This document shows positions 1-8,213 of a stretch of DNA of 32,000 nt, piece after piece. The notes under the pieces were generated by a model. The model was not told the DNA's origin. It searched no databases and saw only the letters and a program-made list of their open reading frames with translations. A program made the translations under genes and the position numbers. Location of the stretch: assembly GCF_000020225.1 (NCBI RefSeq), contig NC_010655.1, positions 2,040,001-2,072,000 on the forward strand. The letters run 5' to 3'. Numbering within the stretch: position 1 is the stretch's first letter; every line of letters begins with the position of its first letter. The stretch comes from Akkermansia muciniphila ATCC BAA-835 (GTDB lineage: Bacteria > Verrucomicrobiota > Verrucomicrobiia > Verrucomicrobiales > Akkermansiaceae).

Positions 1-746
1 TTCCGGAAGGCCCATCCCATGGTGAGCGCCCTCCGGGCGGAGGTTCCTTCCACCATCAGGGCGGAAAAGGAAATACACGGTAAAATAAGGCGTGCGGGGA
101 TGAAGTTGAGCGCGTCATCCGTGCGTGCGGCAAAGGTGCCGAAGTGTCTGTACCGGTCATTTTTTTTCCCCCACATGGCATCCAGGATGTTGAAAACACG
201 ATGCGCCAGCGCGGCGGAAGCCGCCCCGGAGGCACCTCCTGCCAGGCAGCCTGCTGAGGCCCAGAACAGGGTGGAAAAAACGCCATCCGTCAAGTTCTCC
301 GCCACGCTTTCAATGGCCGCTCTGGCGATGCCGTAGACGTCCATCCGTTCCGTATCCCGTCCCACGATCATGGAGACGGAGTGCCGGGCCTCTCCGGCGT
401 TCCCGCTGCGCAGGGCGTTTTCCACCTTCCGGGCATGCTCGGCCAGGCTGCGCGGGGCCATGCAGATGTAAATGACCAGAACGGACGGAATCCAGGGTGC
501 CCAGGGGGAGGGTAACAGGGAAAAGGGAAGGAAGAGCGCCGCGCAGCCGAACCATGCGGCAATGCAGGTTGCCAGCGCGGCCGCCATTCCCGCATGAAAA
601 GTTCCTCCCCACCTTTGCCTCGCCAGTGTTTCCATGCGGAGCGCGCACCGGCCGATCAGACAGACGGGATGAAACCTGTTGGGCGGTTCTCCCGCCAGAA
701 TATCCAGCAGGAAGGCCGCAGGCAGGATGAACGGGCACGGGAACAT
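1..746 (-). CDS. cbiB: Adenosylcobinamide-phosphate synthase (CbiB/CobD-family membrane protein); 3' end cut by window edge, so absent from the ORF track
   Basis: Hand translation of the minus strand from ATG at 746-744 stays open to position 1. It reads MFPCPFILPAAFLLDILAGEPPNRFHPVCLIGR...HSVSMIVGRDTERMDVYGIARAAIESVAENLTDGVFSTLFW...ILDAMWGKKNDRYRHFGTFAARTDDALNFIPARL. These match CbiB hallmarks (HPV..IG, IVGRDT, E(S/T)xAEN, DxMxG...Y..FG...AR.DD..N.IPAR). The start lies 3 nt after the cobDQ stop. Confidence 0.9.
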   Translation of the reverse strand, partial: MFPCPFILPAAFLLDILAGEPPNRFHPVCLIGRCALRMETLARQRWGGTFHAGMAAALATCIAAWFGCAALFLPFSLLPSPWAPWIPSVLVIYICMAPRSLAEHARKVENALRSGNAGEARHSVSMIVGRDTERMDVYGIARAAIESVAENLTDGVFSTLFWASAGCLAGGASGAASAALAHRVFNILDAMWGKKNDRYRHFGTFAARTDDALNFIPARLILPCISFSALMVEGTSARRALTMGWAFR

Positions 747-749
747 GGG

Positions 750-3326
750 TCAGCGTTTTAGTTGGAGAGCTCGGTAAATGGTTTTCAGGTCCAGATGTTT
801 CCGGACCACGTCCGCCAGGCGGTCCAGCGCTCCGTCCAGGTCATAGGCGGTGTGCAGGGCTGGGTTGGCTTTCAGCCCTGAATCTTTCCTGACCATGTTG
901 ATGAATGCGCGGCGGAATTGGTCTCCGTCCAGCATGCCGTGCAGATACGTGGCCCAGATACGGCCTTTGCCGTAGCCGCAGGGGGAGCCGTCTTCCCGGA
1001 ACATGACGGGGGGGCTGGATTCTTGATGGCTGGTGACGCCATGGTGGATTTCATAACCTGCGGCGGGAACAGGCAGCGGCGTGCTTGCCCGGCGCACGTT
1101 GATCAGGGTTTTGGCTGAAGAGAAGGTGGTGGAAAGTTCCAGCAGCCCCAGTCCTGGCGTGCGCTCCTCCGGGGATTCCATGTGCAGCGGGTCCAGAATG
1201 TCCGTCCCCAGCATTTGCAGCCCTCCGCAGACGCCCAGAAGCCACTTTCCCTTTTCGGCATGACGGCGGATGGGTTCTTCCAGCCCGGCGGAACGGAGAG
1301 AAGCCAGGTCCGCAGCCACGCTTTTAGTGCCGGGCAGAATGACCAGGTCCGGATTTCCCCATTCCTCCCGTGTCCGCACCTGGCGGAGCCGGACGTCCGG
1401 CTCCGCCGCCAGAGGGGCGAAGTCCGTGAAGTTGGAGACGTGGGCGGGCATGACTACGGCCACATCCAGGCAATCCGCATGTTTCCCGTGCTCCCCGTGG
1501 CCAGGGGGCAGCGTGGCGCGGTCTTCTTCCGGAATGTTGATGTCCCGCATCATCGGGATGACGCCCAGCACAGGCTTGCCCGTACGATTCCGCATGTAGC
1601 TGTGCGCCGGGGCCAGCAGATCCGGATCTCCTCGAAATTTGTTGACCACGAACCCCGCCAGCAGTTCTTTTTCCCACGGGGCGAATGTCATCCACGTTCC
1701 CAGAAAGGAGGCGTACACTCCGCCACGGTCAATGTCCCCGGCGAGCAGGACTCTGGCACGCGCGTAGCGGGCCATGTTCATGTTGACCACGTCTGCTGAT
1801 TTCAGATTGATTTCTCCGGGGCTTCCGGCCCCTTCCAGGCAGAGGAGTTCATATTCGTCCGCCAGGGAATCGTATGCTTTGCATACGTCCGGCCAGAAGC
1901 GCCTTTTAGCCGTGAAGTATTCCCGCGCGTCCATGCGGCCTACGGGGCGCCCCATCACGATCACCTGGGAGCCGGTATTGGAATGGGGCTTGAGAAGAAT
2001 GGGGTTCATTCTGGCATCCGGATCAATGCGGCAGGCCTGGGCCTGCACCAGCTGGGCGCGGCCCATTTCCTCTCCCAGCGCAGTTACGCCGGAGTTGAGA
2101 GCCATGTTCTGCGCCTTGAACGGTGCCACGTGATAGCCGTCCTGAAGGAAAATGCGGCACAGGGCTGCCGTGAGAACGCTTTTTCCTGCATCGGAGCAGG
2201 TGCCCTGAATCATCAGGGCCGGTTTGGGAGCCTTACGGATAATGGAGGGGCCGTTTCCCGCCAGTTCGGCGCGCAGAGCTTCCGCCAGCAGGGCGTGTTC
2301 CTCCGGCGTGCGGACGCCGGAGCGCAACCAGCAGCCCGTTTCCAGACCCGGATAATTGGAACAGTCGCGCAGTGCGATGCCGTATTTTTTCAGGAGCCGG
2401 GCTGCCAGGCCATGAGGCGCCCCCGCCAGGCGGAAGAGCAGGAAGTTGGCCTCGGACGGGAGTACGGCGGCGCCCGGCAGGGAGGAGAGCCTGCGGAACA
2501 GGTCGTCCCGGCGTTCCCGGTTCCGGGCGCGTTCCCTGTCTGCCCAGGAGGAGGGTTGTGCCAGCACGGCCTTCACCGCTGCCGTCGCAAAGGCATTCAC
2601 GTTCCAGGCGGGCAGGGATCGCCGCAGCCGCTCCGCGAGCGGAGCGGCACAGATGGAAAAACCGCACCGGACGCCGGCCATGCCGTAAAATTTGGTCAGG
2701 GAGCGCAGAACCACCAGGTTGGGAAGGAGGGCTGCTTCATGGAGCAGCGATTCCGCTCCTTGTGCGTAATCCATGAAAGATTCGTCAATGATCCAGAGGA
2801 CTTCGGGGCGGCTCTGGACAACCCTGTGCAGGGCCGCTGCGTCCAGCAGGCCGCCGGACGGATTGCTGGGATTTGCCAGAAAAACAGCGCTTCCGTCTGC
2901 GGCCTGTTCCTCCAGACGGCAAAGAGACGGGAGGAAGGAATTCCGTTCCTCCGTCCGGATGGAAAGAATATCCGTGCCGTGGCGCAGGCAGGCCAGCCTG
3001 TATTCGGAAAAAGCGGGTTCCGGAATGACGGCCTGTTTAAGGTTTAATGCGCGCGGAAGAGCGTGGATGAGTTCATTGGCCCCGTTTCCAAATACGAAGC
3101 AGCCGGAAGGAAGCCCGTAATGAACCGCCGCCAGTTCCCGCAGATCCGCCGCATCCGGAGAAGGGTAGGGTACTGCGTTTTCCATGGCCTTCCACAATGC
3201 TGAAACGATGAACTCCGGCATACCTTCCGGCCTCAGGTTGACGCTGAAGTCCAAAATATCCCGTTCCGGGCGGCAGGCATCCTCCGCCAGGGATTTTAAA
3301 TCTCCGCCATGTGAAAAAACGTTCAT
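750..3326 (-). CDS. cobDQ: Fused L-threonine-O-3-phosphate decarboxylase (CobD, PLP aminotransferase fold, N-terminal) / cobyric acid synthase (CobQ, C-terminal)
   Basis: This is the 881-aa track ORF, which starts at a TTG. The first ATG (3326) gives MNVFSHGGD, a typical CobD N-terminus. CobD motifs: NPSNPSGG and SLTKFYGMAGVRCGF (PLP lysine). From about nt 2222 downward come CobQ motifs: LMIQGTCSDAGKS P-loop-like and GVCGGLQMLG glutamine amidotransferase nucleophile. The reading frame is continuous. Confidence 0.9.
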   Translation of the reverse strand: MNVFSHGGDLKSLAEDACRPERDILDFSVNLRPEGMPEFIVSALWKAMENAVPYPSPDAADLRELAAVHYGLPSGCFVFGNGANELIHALPRALNLKQAVIPEPAFSEYRLACLRHGTDILSIRTEERNSFLPSLCRLEEQAADGSAVFLANPSNPSGGLLDAAALHRVVQSRPEVLWIIDESFMDYAQGAESLLHEAALLPNLVVLRSLTKFYGMAGVRCGFSICAAPLAERLRRSLPAWNVNAFATAAVKAVLAQPSSWADRERARNRERRDDLFRRLSSLPGAAVLPSEANFLLFRLAGAPHGLAARLLKKYGIALRDCSNYPGLETGCWLRSGVRTPEEHALLAEALRAELAGNGPSIIRKAPKPALMIQGTCSDAGKSVLTAALCRIFLQDGYHVAPFKAQNMALNSGVTALGEEMGRAQLVQAQACRIDPDARMNPILLKPHSNTGSQVIVMGRPVGRMDAREYFTAKRRFWPDVCKAYDSLADEYELLCLEGAGSPGEINLKSADVVNMNMARYARARVLLAGDIDRGGVYASFLGTWMTFAPWEKELLAGFVVNKFRGDPDLLAPAHSYMRNRTGKPVLGVIPMMRDINIPEEDRATLPPGHGEHGKHADCLDVAVVMPAHVSNFTDFAPLAAEPDVRLRQVRTREEWGNPDLVILPGTKSVAADLASLRSAGLEEPIRRHAEKGKWLLGVCGGLQMLGTDILDPLHMESPEERTPGLGLLELSTTFSSAKTLINVRRASTPLPVPAAGYEIHHGVTSHQESSPPVMFREDGSPCGYGKGRIWATYLHGMLDGDQFRRAFINMVRKDSGLKANPALHTAYDLDGALDRLADVVRKHLDLKTIYRALQLKR

Positions 3327-3508
3327 GCCACAGTAATTGGAACCGGCGTACCGAAGGGCTGCCCGCGCCGGAGAAAGAAAGGAAGCGCCTTGCAAGTTCG
3401 GAATTCCACGTAGCCGGAAGCTTCGCCGGAGACGGGAAATCTTCCCTGTTGCGGGAACGTGGGAACAAGGAGCGTCATGAGCGCATCATGTCCTGTATGC
3501 GCCGGGAG

Positions 3509-3626
3509 TGACAAGACAAAAATGGAAAGCCCTGTGAGGAAAAGAGGGATGGAGAGCAATACGCTGAAAAGGGAAAACGGCTGCAATTCATCTGGATGTT
3601 CAAAGAAAAATTTTTTTGTCTTGTCA
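3509..3626. repeat. Perfect 14-bp inverted repeat (TGACAAGACAAAAA at 3509-3522 / TTTTTGTCTTGTCA at 3613-3626) flanking a 90-nt purine-rich core in the cobDQ / riboswitch divergent intergenic region
   Basis: Read directly from the sequence. The arms are exact reverse complements. No flanking direct repeat was seen. Confidence 0.9.
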
Positions 3627-3680
3627 TACCGGTCTCTTTGGTATTTCATCCGTCCCATGAACCCTTATGGGAAGGGTTAC

Positions 3681-3801
3681 AGACCTCAGGGACGCCCGTA
3701 GCCGGGCAGGAAATAAATGGGGAATACCGGTGTGAGTCCGGAGCGGTACCGCCACTGTAAGCGAGCCTGCCTCGCAAGCCAGAAAACCAGCCTGTGAGGT
3801 T
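3681..3801 (+). promoter_or_regulatory. Cobalamin (B12) riboswitch aptamer in the 5' leader of the TonB-dependent receptor gene
   Basis: Conserved core GGGGAATACCGGTGTGAGTCCGGAGCGGTACCGCCACTGTAA (GCCACTG at 3751-3757). B12 box AGCCAGAAAACCAGCC at 3777-3792. Closing P1 helix ACCTCA (3683-3688) / TGAGGT (3795-3800). A further 6-bp hairpin at 3810-3828 lies just before the start codon at 3845. Confidence 0.85.
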
Positions 3802-3844
3802 GTCCAACTGTTCGGCGAGTTACCGAACGTAAGGCACTACAACC

Positions 3845-5851
3845 ATGCTTTATACGAAGAAAGCCCTTCAAATGGGCGCAATTGCTGTTGGCCTTGCCGC
3901 ATTCGCAGGCCAGTCCTCTCTTGCCGAGTCCGCTAAAAAGGAAGACTCCAAGCCCTCCGTCAGGACGGAAACCATGCAGGTTATGCCGGAACTGACTATG
4001 GCGTCCCACTTTGTGGGCGTGCCGTACAACCGGTCTGGAGTGTCCGTTTCCATCATCAATCCGGAAGAATTCCAGAAGGCGGGCATTGAAACCCTGACGG
4101 GAGCCCTTTCCCAGACGCCCGGCGTTTTCACGCTGGACGGAGGCGGCACCTGGCAGCGCGGTTCCGTGAGCAACACCGTCATCCGCGGGATGAACAAGGA
4201 TACCTACACCCTGACCATGGTTGACGGCATGCGCATCAGTGATGCCAACATGTCCGGCAACAAGCTGCTGGGCATCACCAATCTCTTTACGGTGGGCAAT
4301 GTGGAAGTGGTGAAAGGAGCGCAGGGCGCCGTTTTCGGTTCCGGCGCCATTGGAGGCGTTGTCGCGATGGATACTCCGGAGGGGGAAGGCGATCCCGTAA
4401 CCAGGATTTTTGCGGAGGCCGGTTCCTTCGGCTCTTTCAACAGCTATGTCACTTCCTCCGGCAAGATCAAGAAGCTTTCCTATTTTGTAGGCGTTGGGTT
4501 TGAAACTACGGAAAACGATCCGTCAATCTATCCGGCCATTTATGACAACAGGACAGGCATGAACGATTTCCGCCAGTGGCAGGAAGCCGTGCGCCTGGGC
4601 TATGACATCAATGACAAGGTGAAGGTGAGCTTTACCTATCGCCGCCTGGATTCCTACTTTGAATATCCCACGCCGTATGTGGATTATAACCAGTGGCCTT
4701 CCGTTCCGGAGCCCCATCTGTACAATACGGAAGACAAGAACCGCAGCAACTTGGTGACAGGACGTGTGGATGCGGAAATTTCCAAGCTGTGGTCCACCAG
4801 CTTCATGGTGGGGCATTACAACATGGACTATTCCTGCCATACTCCCGGATTTGACTTCCAGCCCAACGTGATGCGCAACCGCCGCTTCCAGGCGGAGTGG
4901 CGCAATGCCCTGACGTGGAACAAGGAATGGAAAACCATCGCCGGCATGGCCTGGGACCGTTCCGACTACATGAGCGAAAACAATTACGTTGCCAAGGATG
5001 AATGGCAGAGCACGCTTGCCTTCTTTGCAGAGCAAATGTGGTCACCCACGGACAGCTTTGACGCCAGCGTGGCCCTGCGCCTGGAACATGATTCCGTCTG
5101 GAACAATCATTTTACGTGGCGTTATTCCAATTCCTGGAAAGTGACGGGCAAGGATTCCCCCACCCGTATTTTCGGTTCCGTAGGGTCCGGTTTCCGCGCG
5201 CCCACCTGGTTTGAGCAGTATGCGGCCAATTACGGTTATGTAGGCAACCCTGATCTGGATGTGTCCAAGTCCCTGGGCGGCGACCTGGGTGTGGAACAGC
5301 GCCTGGCGGACGGCCATTATGCTTCCGTGACGGGCTTCTGGACCCGCATTAACGATGAAATCGGCACCAAGAGCGTAGGTACCTGGCCGAACTCCTATAC
5401 CACTTACGCCAATTATTCCCACTGCACTTCCTACGGTGTGGAAGTGGCGTTCAAGGGTCAGTTCAAGGACGCGTGGAACAGCGGCTATTATGCCAATTAC
5501 ACCTTCACGATGCCCAAGCGCGATTCCATCGGCAAATACGAGACCATTCAGATGGCCAATACCGCCCGCCACACCGTCAACGCAGAGGTTTATACCTCCC
5601 CGGTTGAAAAGCTTACGGTTGGCTTCGGCGTAACGGCCGCCATGGGACGCACGGACTACAACTATGCCCGTCTGGATAATTTCTTTACGGCGCGCCTGTT
5701 TGCCCGTTACCAGGCAACGGACAATGTGTCCCTCCATGTGCGTCTGGAAAACCTGTTTGACCAGAAGTTCATCATGACGAATGATTATAACTTCGGTCCG
5801 CGTGAAGCCCGTGGATTCGGAATCTTCGGCGGTGTGACGGTCGAATTCTAA
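3845..5851 (+). CDS. TonB-dependent outer-membrane receptor, BtuB-like corrinoid transporter candidate
   Basis: 668 aa with a signal peptide (MLYTKKALQMGAIAVGLAAFAGQSSLAES). Plug-domain motifs (VSIINPEEFQKAGIETLTGALSQTPGV, VEVVKGAQGAVFGSGAIGGVV). Long beta-barrel ending in a terminal aromatic residue (GGVTVEF). A cobalamin riboswitch lies immediately upstream. Confidence 0.9.
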   Translation: MLYTKKALQMGAIAVGLAAFAGQSSLAESAKKEDSKPSVRTETMQVMPELTMASHFVGVPYNRSGVSVSIINPEEFQKAGIETLTGALSQTPGVFTLDGGGTWQRGSVSNTVIRGMNKDTYTLTMVDGMRISDANMSGNKLLGITNLFTVGNVEVVKGAQGAVFGSGAIGGVVAMDTPEGEGDPVTRIFAEAGSFGSFNSYVTSSGKIKKLSYFVGVGFETTENDPSIYPAIYDNRTGMNDFRQWQEAVRLGYDINDKVKVSFTYRRLDSYFEYPTPYVDYNQWPSVPEPHLYNTEDKNRSNLVTGRVDAEISKLWSTSFMVGHYNMDYSCHTPGFDFQPNVMRNRRFQAEWRNALTWNKEWKTIAGMAWDRSDYMSENNYVAKDEWQSTLAFFAEQMWSPTDSFDASVALRLEHDSVWNNHFTWRYSNSWKVTGKDSPTRIFGSVGSGFRAPTWFEQYAANYGYVGNPDLDVSKSLGGDLGVEQRLADGHYASVTGFWTRINDEIGTKSVGTWPNSYTTYANYSHCTSYGVEVAFKGQFKDAWNSGYYANYTFTMPKRDSIGKYETIQMANTARHTVNAEVYTSPVEKLTVGFGVTAAMGRTDYNYARLDNFFTARLFARYQATDNVSLHVRLENLFDQKFIMTNDYNFGPREARGFGIFGGVTVEF

Positions 5852-5882
5852 GTTCCTTTCAATATTAATTGTTGATTGCTCC

Positions 5883-5955
5883 CCCATCTTCCGCCTTGCG
5901 GACTGTTTCAGGCGAAGTGAACGGTTCCGCGCGGAAGATGGGTTTTCTGTTTTCC
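5883..5955 (+). terminator. Long stem-loop followed by a T-rich tract between the receptor gene and the SBP gene (terminator or attenuator)
   Basis: CCCATCTTCCGC (5883-5894) pairs with GCGGAAGATGGG (5931-5942) across a 36-nt loop. It is followed by TTTTCTGTTTTCCGTTGTTT. Confidence 0.5.
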
Positions 5956-5997
5956 GTTGTTTCCGGAATCGGTTAACATGTGGCGGCCATCTGAGTT

Positions 5998-8115
5998 GTG
6001 TTGCGCTGGATATCCATACTGGGGGCATTGGCCCTTTCCGTCTTTCTGGGAGGTGTCTTTTACTTTTCCCAGCGTGAGAAGAATGTTTGGCATGAATTTT
6101 CCGGACGGATGGACGGCAGGGGGATGCCTGCCGTATTTGACGGTTTTGTGGAACGCTGGAACAGGGCCGTGGAACGGGAACTGCGCCGTGAATTGGCTGA
6201 AGGGGAGAGGAAGGAAAAACTTCTGGTCGTTTCCCGCGGGGAAGGGGACGGCCGGCGTTTGGCGGAACAGGCTCGTTCCGTGGAACGCATCAGGAAAAGG
6301 CTGTTATTGAAAGACCATATCCGCCTTCTTCCTTTGGAAGACGTTCCGGACGGATTGGAATGGCAAACCGGAATGGAAGAGCCGGATGTGGGTGATCCGC
6401 GCGCCGTCAAGGGTGGAAAAGTCCGGCTGTGGATCAATACTCCGTTTCCCGGAACTTTGCGTGCTTTCGGGCCGGGAAGTGAAAATTTTTTCAATTATTC
6501 CGCCATTGACAACGTGTGGCTTCCCCTCGTGGGGCTTCATCCGGAAACCTTCCGTCCCATTCCGGGCCTGGCGGACCGCTGGGCTTTGTCCGCAGACGGA
6601 AAAACCGTTTTTTATCATCTGGATCCGGAAGCGGCCTATTCGGACGGACGCATCGTGAAAGCGCAGGATTTTCTGCTGAACATTTGCCTCCGTACGTCCG
6701 GTTTTGCCCGGGATCCGTTCTGGACTACCCTGTTCCGTTCCATGTATGATCAGATTACGGTATACGGGGATTCCGTCATTGCCCTTACGCTGCCGTCCCG
6801 CGGGCCGCTGCTGCCTTACATGGCCTGTGCGGATTTTCATCCGGCCCATCCCGGTTTTTACCATGATTTCAACGCTCTGTTTCTGGAACGCTACCAGTGG
6901 AAAGTCCCTCCAAATACGGGTGGCTACATGGTTGTTCCCTCTAAAATCCGGATAGGAGAAAGCATTACCCTGGCCCGCGTGAAAAATTGGTGGGCGAAGG
7001 AGAGGAAGTATTACCGCCATTCCTGCAATGCGGACCAGGTGGAACATGTGTTTGTGAACATGGAAAACAAGGCGGTTGAAATGTTCCGCCGCGGGGAACT
7101 GGACATCATGAACGTTCGCAAGCCGGAGGTGTGGGAAACCGGGCTGGAGCTGCCGGAAGTGCACCGGGGCTATATAGATAAATACAGCCTGGAAGCCAAT
7201 TACGCCTGTCCCCCGTACGGACTGTATCTGAATTGCTCGGACAAGTTGTTGAAAAATCCGGATATCCGCCGCGGTCTGGCGCATTCCGTGAACATGGGCC
7301 TGGTGATTGATACTTTGTTCCGCGGGAATATGAGAAGGCTCGGTTCCTACATGGAGGGGTACGGAGACCTGACTCTTCCGTTGAAAGCTCCGGAATACAG
7401 CAAGAAAAAAGCCATGGAATATTTTGCCCGCGCCGGCTACCGGGAAATGGGGACTGACGGAGTGCTGAAAAATGAACGGGGAGAGCGGCTGGTGGTGGAA
7501 CTGACGTTTGCGGATTCATCCACCCTGATGACCAACGTCTGTTCCATCCTCCGGCAGGAGGCCCTGAAGTGCGGGGTGGACCTGCGTCTGGATTCCCTTA
7601 CCTACAGTGTCTGTTCCCGTAAGGTTTTTGAAAAACGGTATCAGGCGGCTCTATGGGCGTGGCCGCTGCAGACGCCGTTCCCCCGGCTGTATGAAACATT
7701 CTCTTCCGAACTGGCGTATGATGCCCGCGGAAATCCCGTAGGCAATACGAATAATATTATGGCCGTGTCGGACGCTGGACTGGATGCCGCCCTGGATGCG
7801 GAACGCAATGCCCCGGATACCGGTTCCCTGAAACTGGCCCTTCACCGTGCCCAGCAGCGTCTTCATGAACTTTGCGTCTGGATTCCCGGCTGGAGGGAAC
7901 CCTACACGCATATCGCCTGCTGGCGCTGGATACGCTGGCCGGAATCTCCCACCCGGTTCTGTTCCCCCAGAATTTACAATCCGCTGGAGTCGCATCTGTA
8001 CTGGGTGGATGAAGAAATGAAGAAGGAGACGCTGGAGGCTCGGAGCCGGGGCGTACCGTTTGAGGAAAAGCATCAAATAATATATCTTGAAAGACAGGAT
8101 GGTGCCGCTCCGTAA
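5998..8115 (+). CDS. Family-5 (peptide/nickel/opine type) extracellular solute-binding protein with N-terminal membrane anchor; no cognate ABC permease or ATPase in the window
   Basis: 705 aa with a GTG start at 5998 (a TTG at 6001 is also possible). Hydrophobic N-terminus LRWISILGALALSVFLGGVFYF. SBP_bac_5-like signature RWALSADGKTVFYHLDPEAAYSDGRIVKAQDF. The size and composition are typical of the YejA/OppA-like cluster. Confidence 0.8.
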   Translation: MLRWISILGALALSVFLGGVFYFSQREKNVWHEFSGRMDGRGMPAVFDGFVERWNRAVERELRRELAEGERKEKLLVVSRGEGDGRRLAEQARSVERIRKRLLLKDHIRLLPLEDVPDGLEWQTGMEEPDVGDPRAVKGGKVRLWINTPFPGTLRAFGPGSENFFNYSAIDNVWLPLVGLHPETFRPIPGLADRWALSADGKTVFYHLDPEAAYSDGRIVKAQDFLLNICLRTSGFARDPFWTTLFRSMYDQITVYGDSVIALTLPSRGPLLPYMACADFHPAHPGFYHDFNALFLERYQWKVPPNTGGYMVVPSKIRIGESITLARVKNWWAKERKYYRHSCNADQVEHVFVNMENKAVEMFRRGELDIMNVRKPEVWETGLELPEVHRGYIDKYSLEANYACPPYGLYLNCSDKLLKNPDIRRGLAHSVNMGLVIDTLFRGNMRRLGSYMEGYGDLTLPLKAPEYSKKKAMEYFARAGYREMGTDGVLKNERGERLVVELTFADSSTLMTNVCSILRQEALKCGVDLRLDSLTYSVCSRKVFEKRYQAALWAWPLQTPFPRLYETFSSELAYDARGNPVGNTNNIMAVSDAGLDAALDAERNAPDTGSLKLALHRAQQRLHELCVWIPGWREPYTHIACWRWIRWPESPTRFCSPRIYNPLESHLYWVDEEMKKETLEARSRGVPFEEKHQIIYLERQDGAAP

Positions 8116-8126
8116 TAAAACCGGGT

Positions 8127-8164
8127 CACCGTCTCCTTTTTAAATTGAAAGGAGGTGGTTTTTC
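8127..8164 (+). terminator. Rho-independent terminator after the SBP gene
   Basis: CACCGTCTCCTTT / AAAGGAGGTGG stem with a small bulge, followed by TTTTT at 8159-8163. Confidence 0.6.
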
Positions 8165-8213
8165 ATCATAATCTCCCTCTCATTTACCGTAATTAATTAT
8201 TAATTCCATAATC

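Noticed and set aside
19-738. Five track ORFs (19-336 +, 56-286 -, 310-738 -, 368-595 -, 497-730 +) at the left edge
   Set aside because: All are out of frame with, or antisense to, the open minus-strand frame that translates into an unmistakable CbiB sequence. Their Arg/Pro/Gly/Ala-rich composition is typical of wrong-frame translation of GC-rich coding DNA.
3327-3395. N-terminal extensions in the track for cobDQ (TTG 3395), the OMP (ATG 11483), cydB (20689), trpB (26994), the L,D-transpeptidase (TTG 22581) and possibly the amidohydrolase (11498)
   Set aside because: In each case an internal ATG yields the canonical family N-terminus or a proper signal peptide. The extra residues either overlap the upstream gene or look non-native. 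For the amidohydrolase and the kinase the longer start remains a possible alternative.
3327-3480. Possible second cobalamin riboswitch in the cobDQ leader (minus strand GTTCCCGCAACAGGG, GGAATTCC; plus strand GCCGGAGACGGG resembling a B12 box)
   Set aside because: The fragments are in the wrong order on either strand. The invariant GCCACTG core and the GGGAA...GGTG...CC module are missing. This needs a covariance-model scan before it can be claimed.
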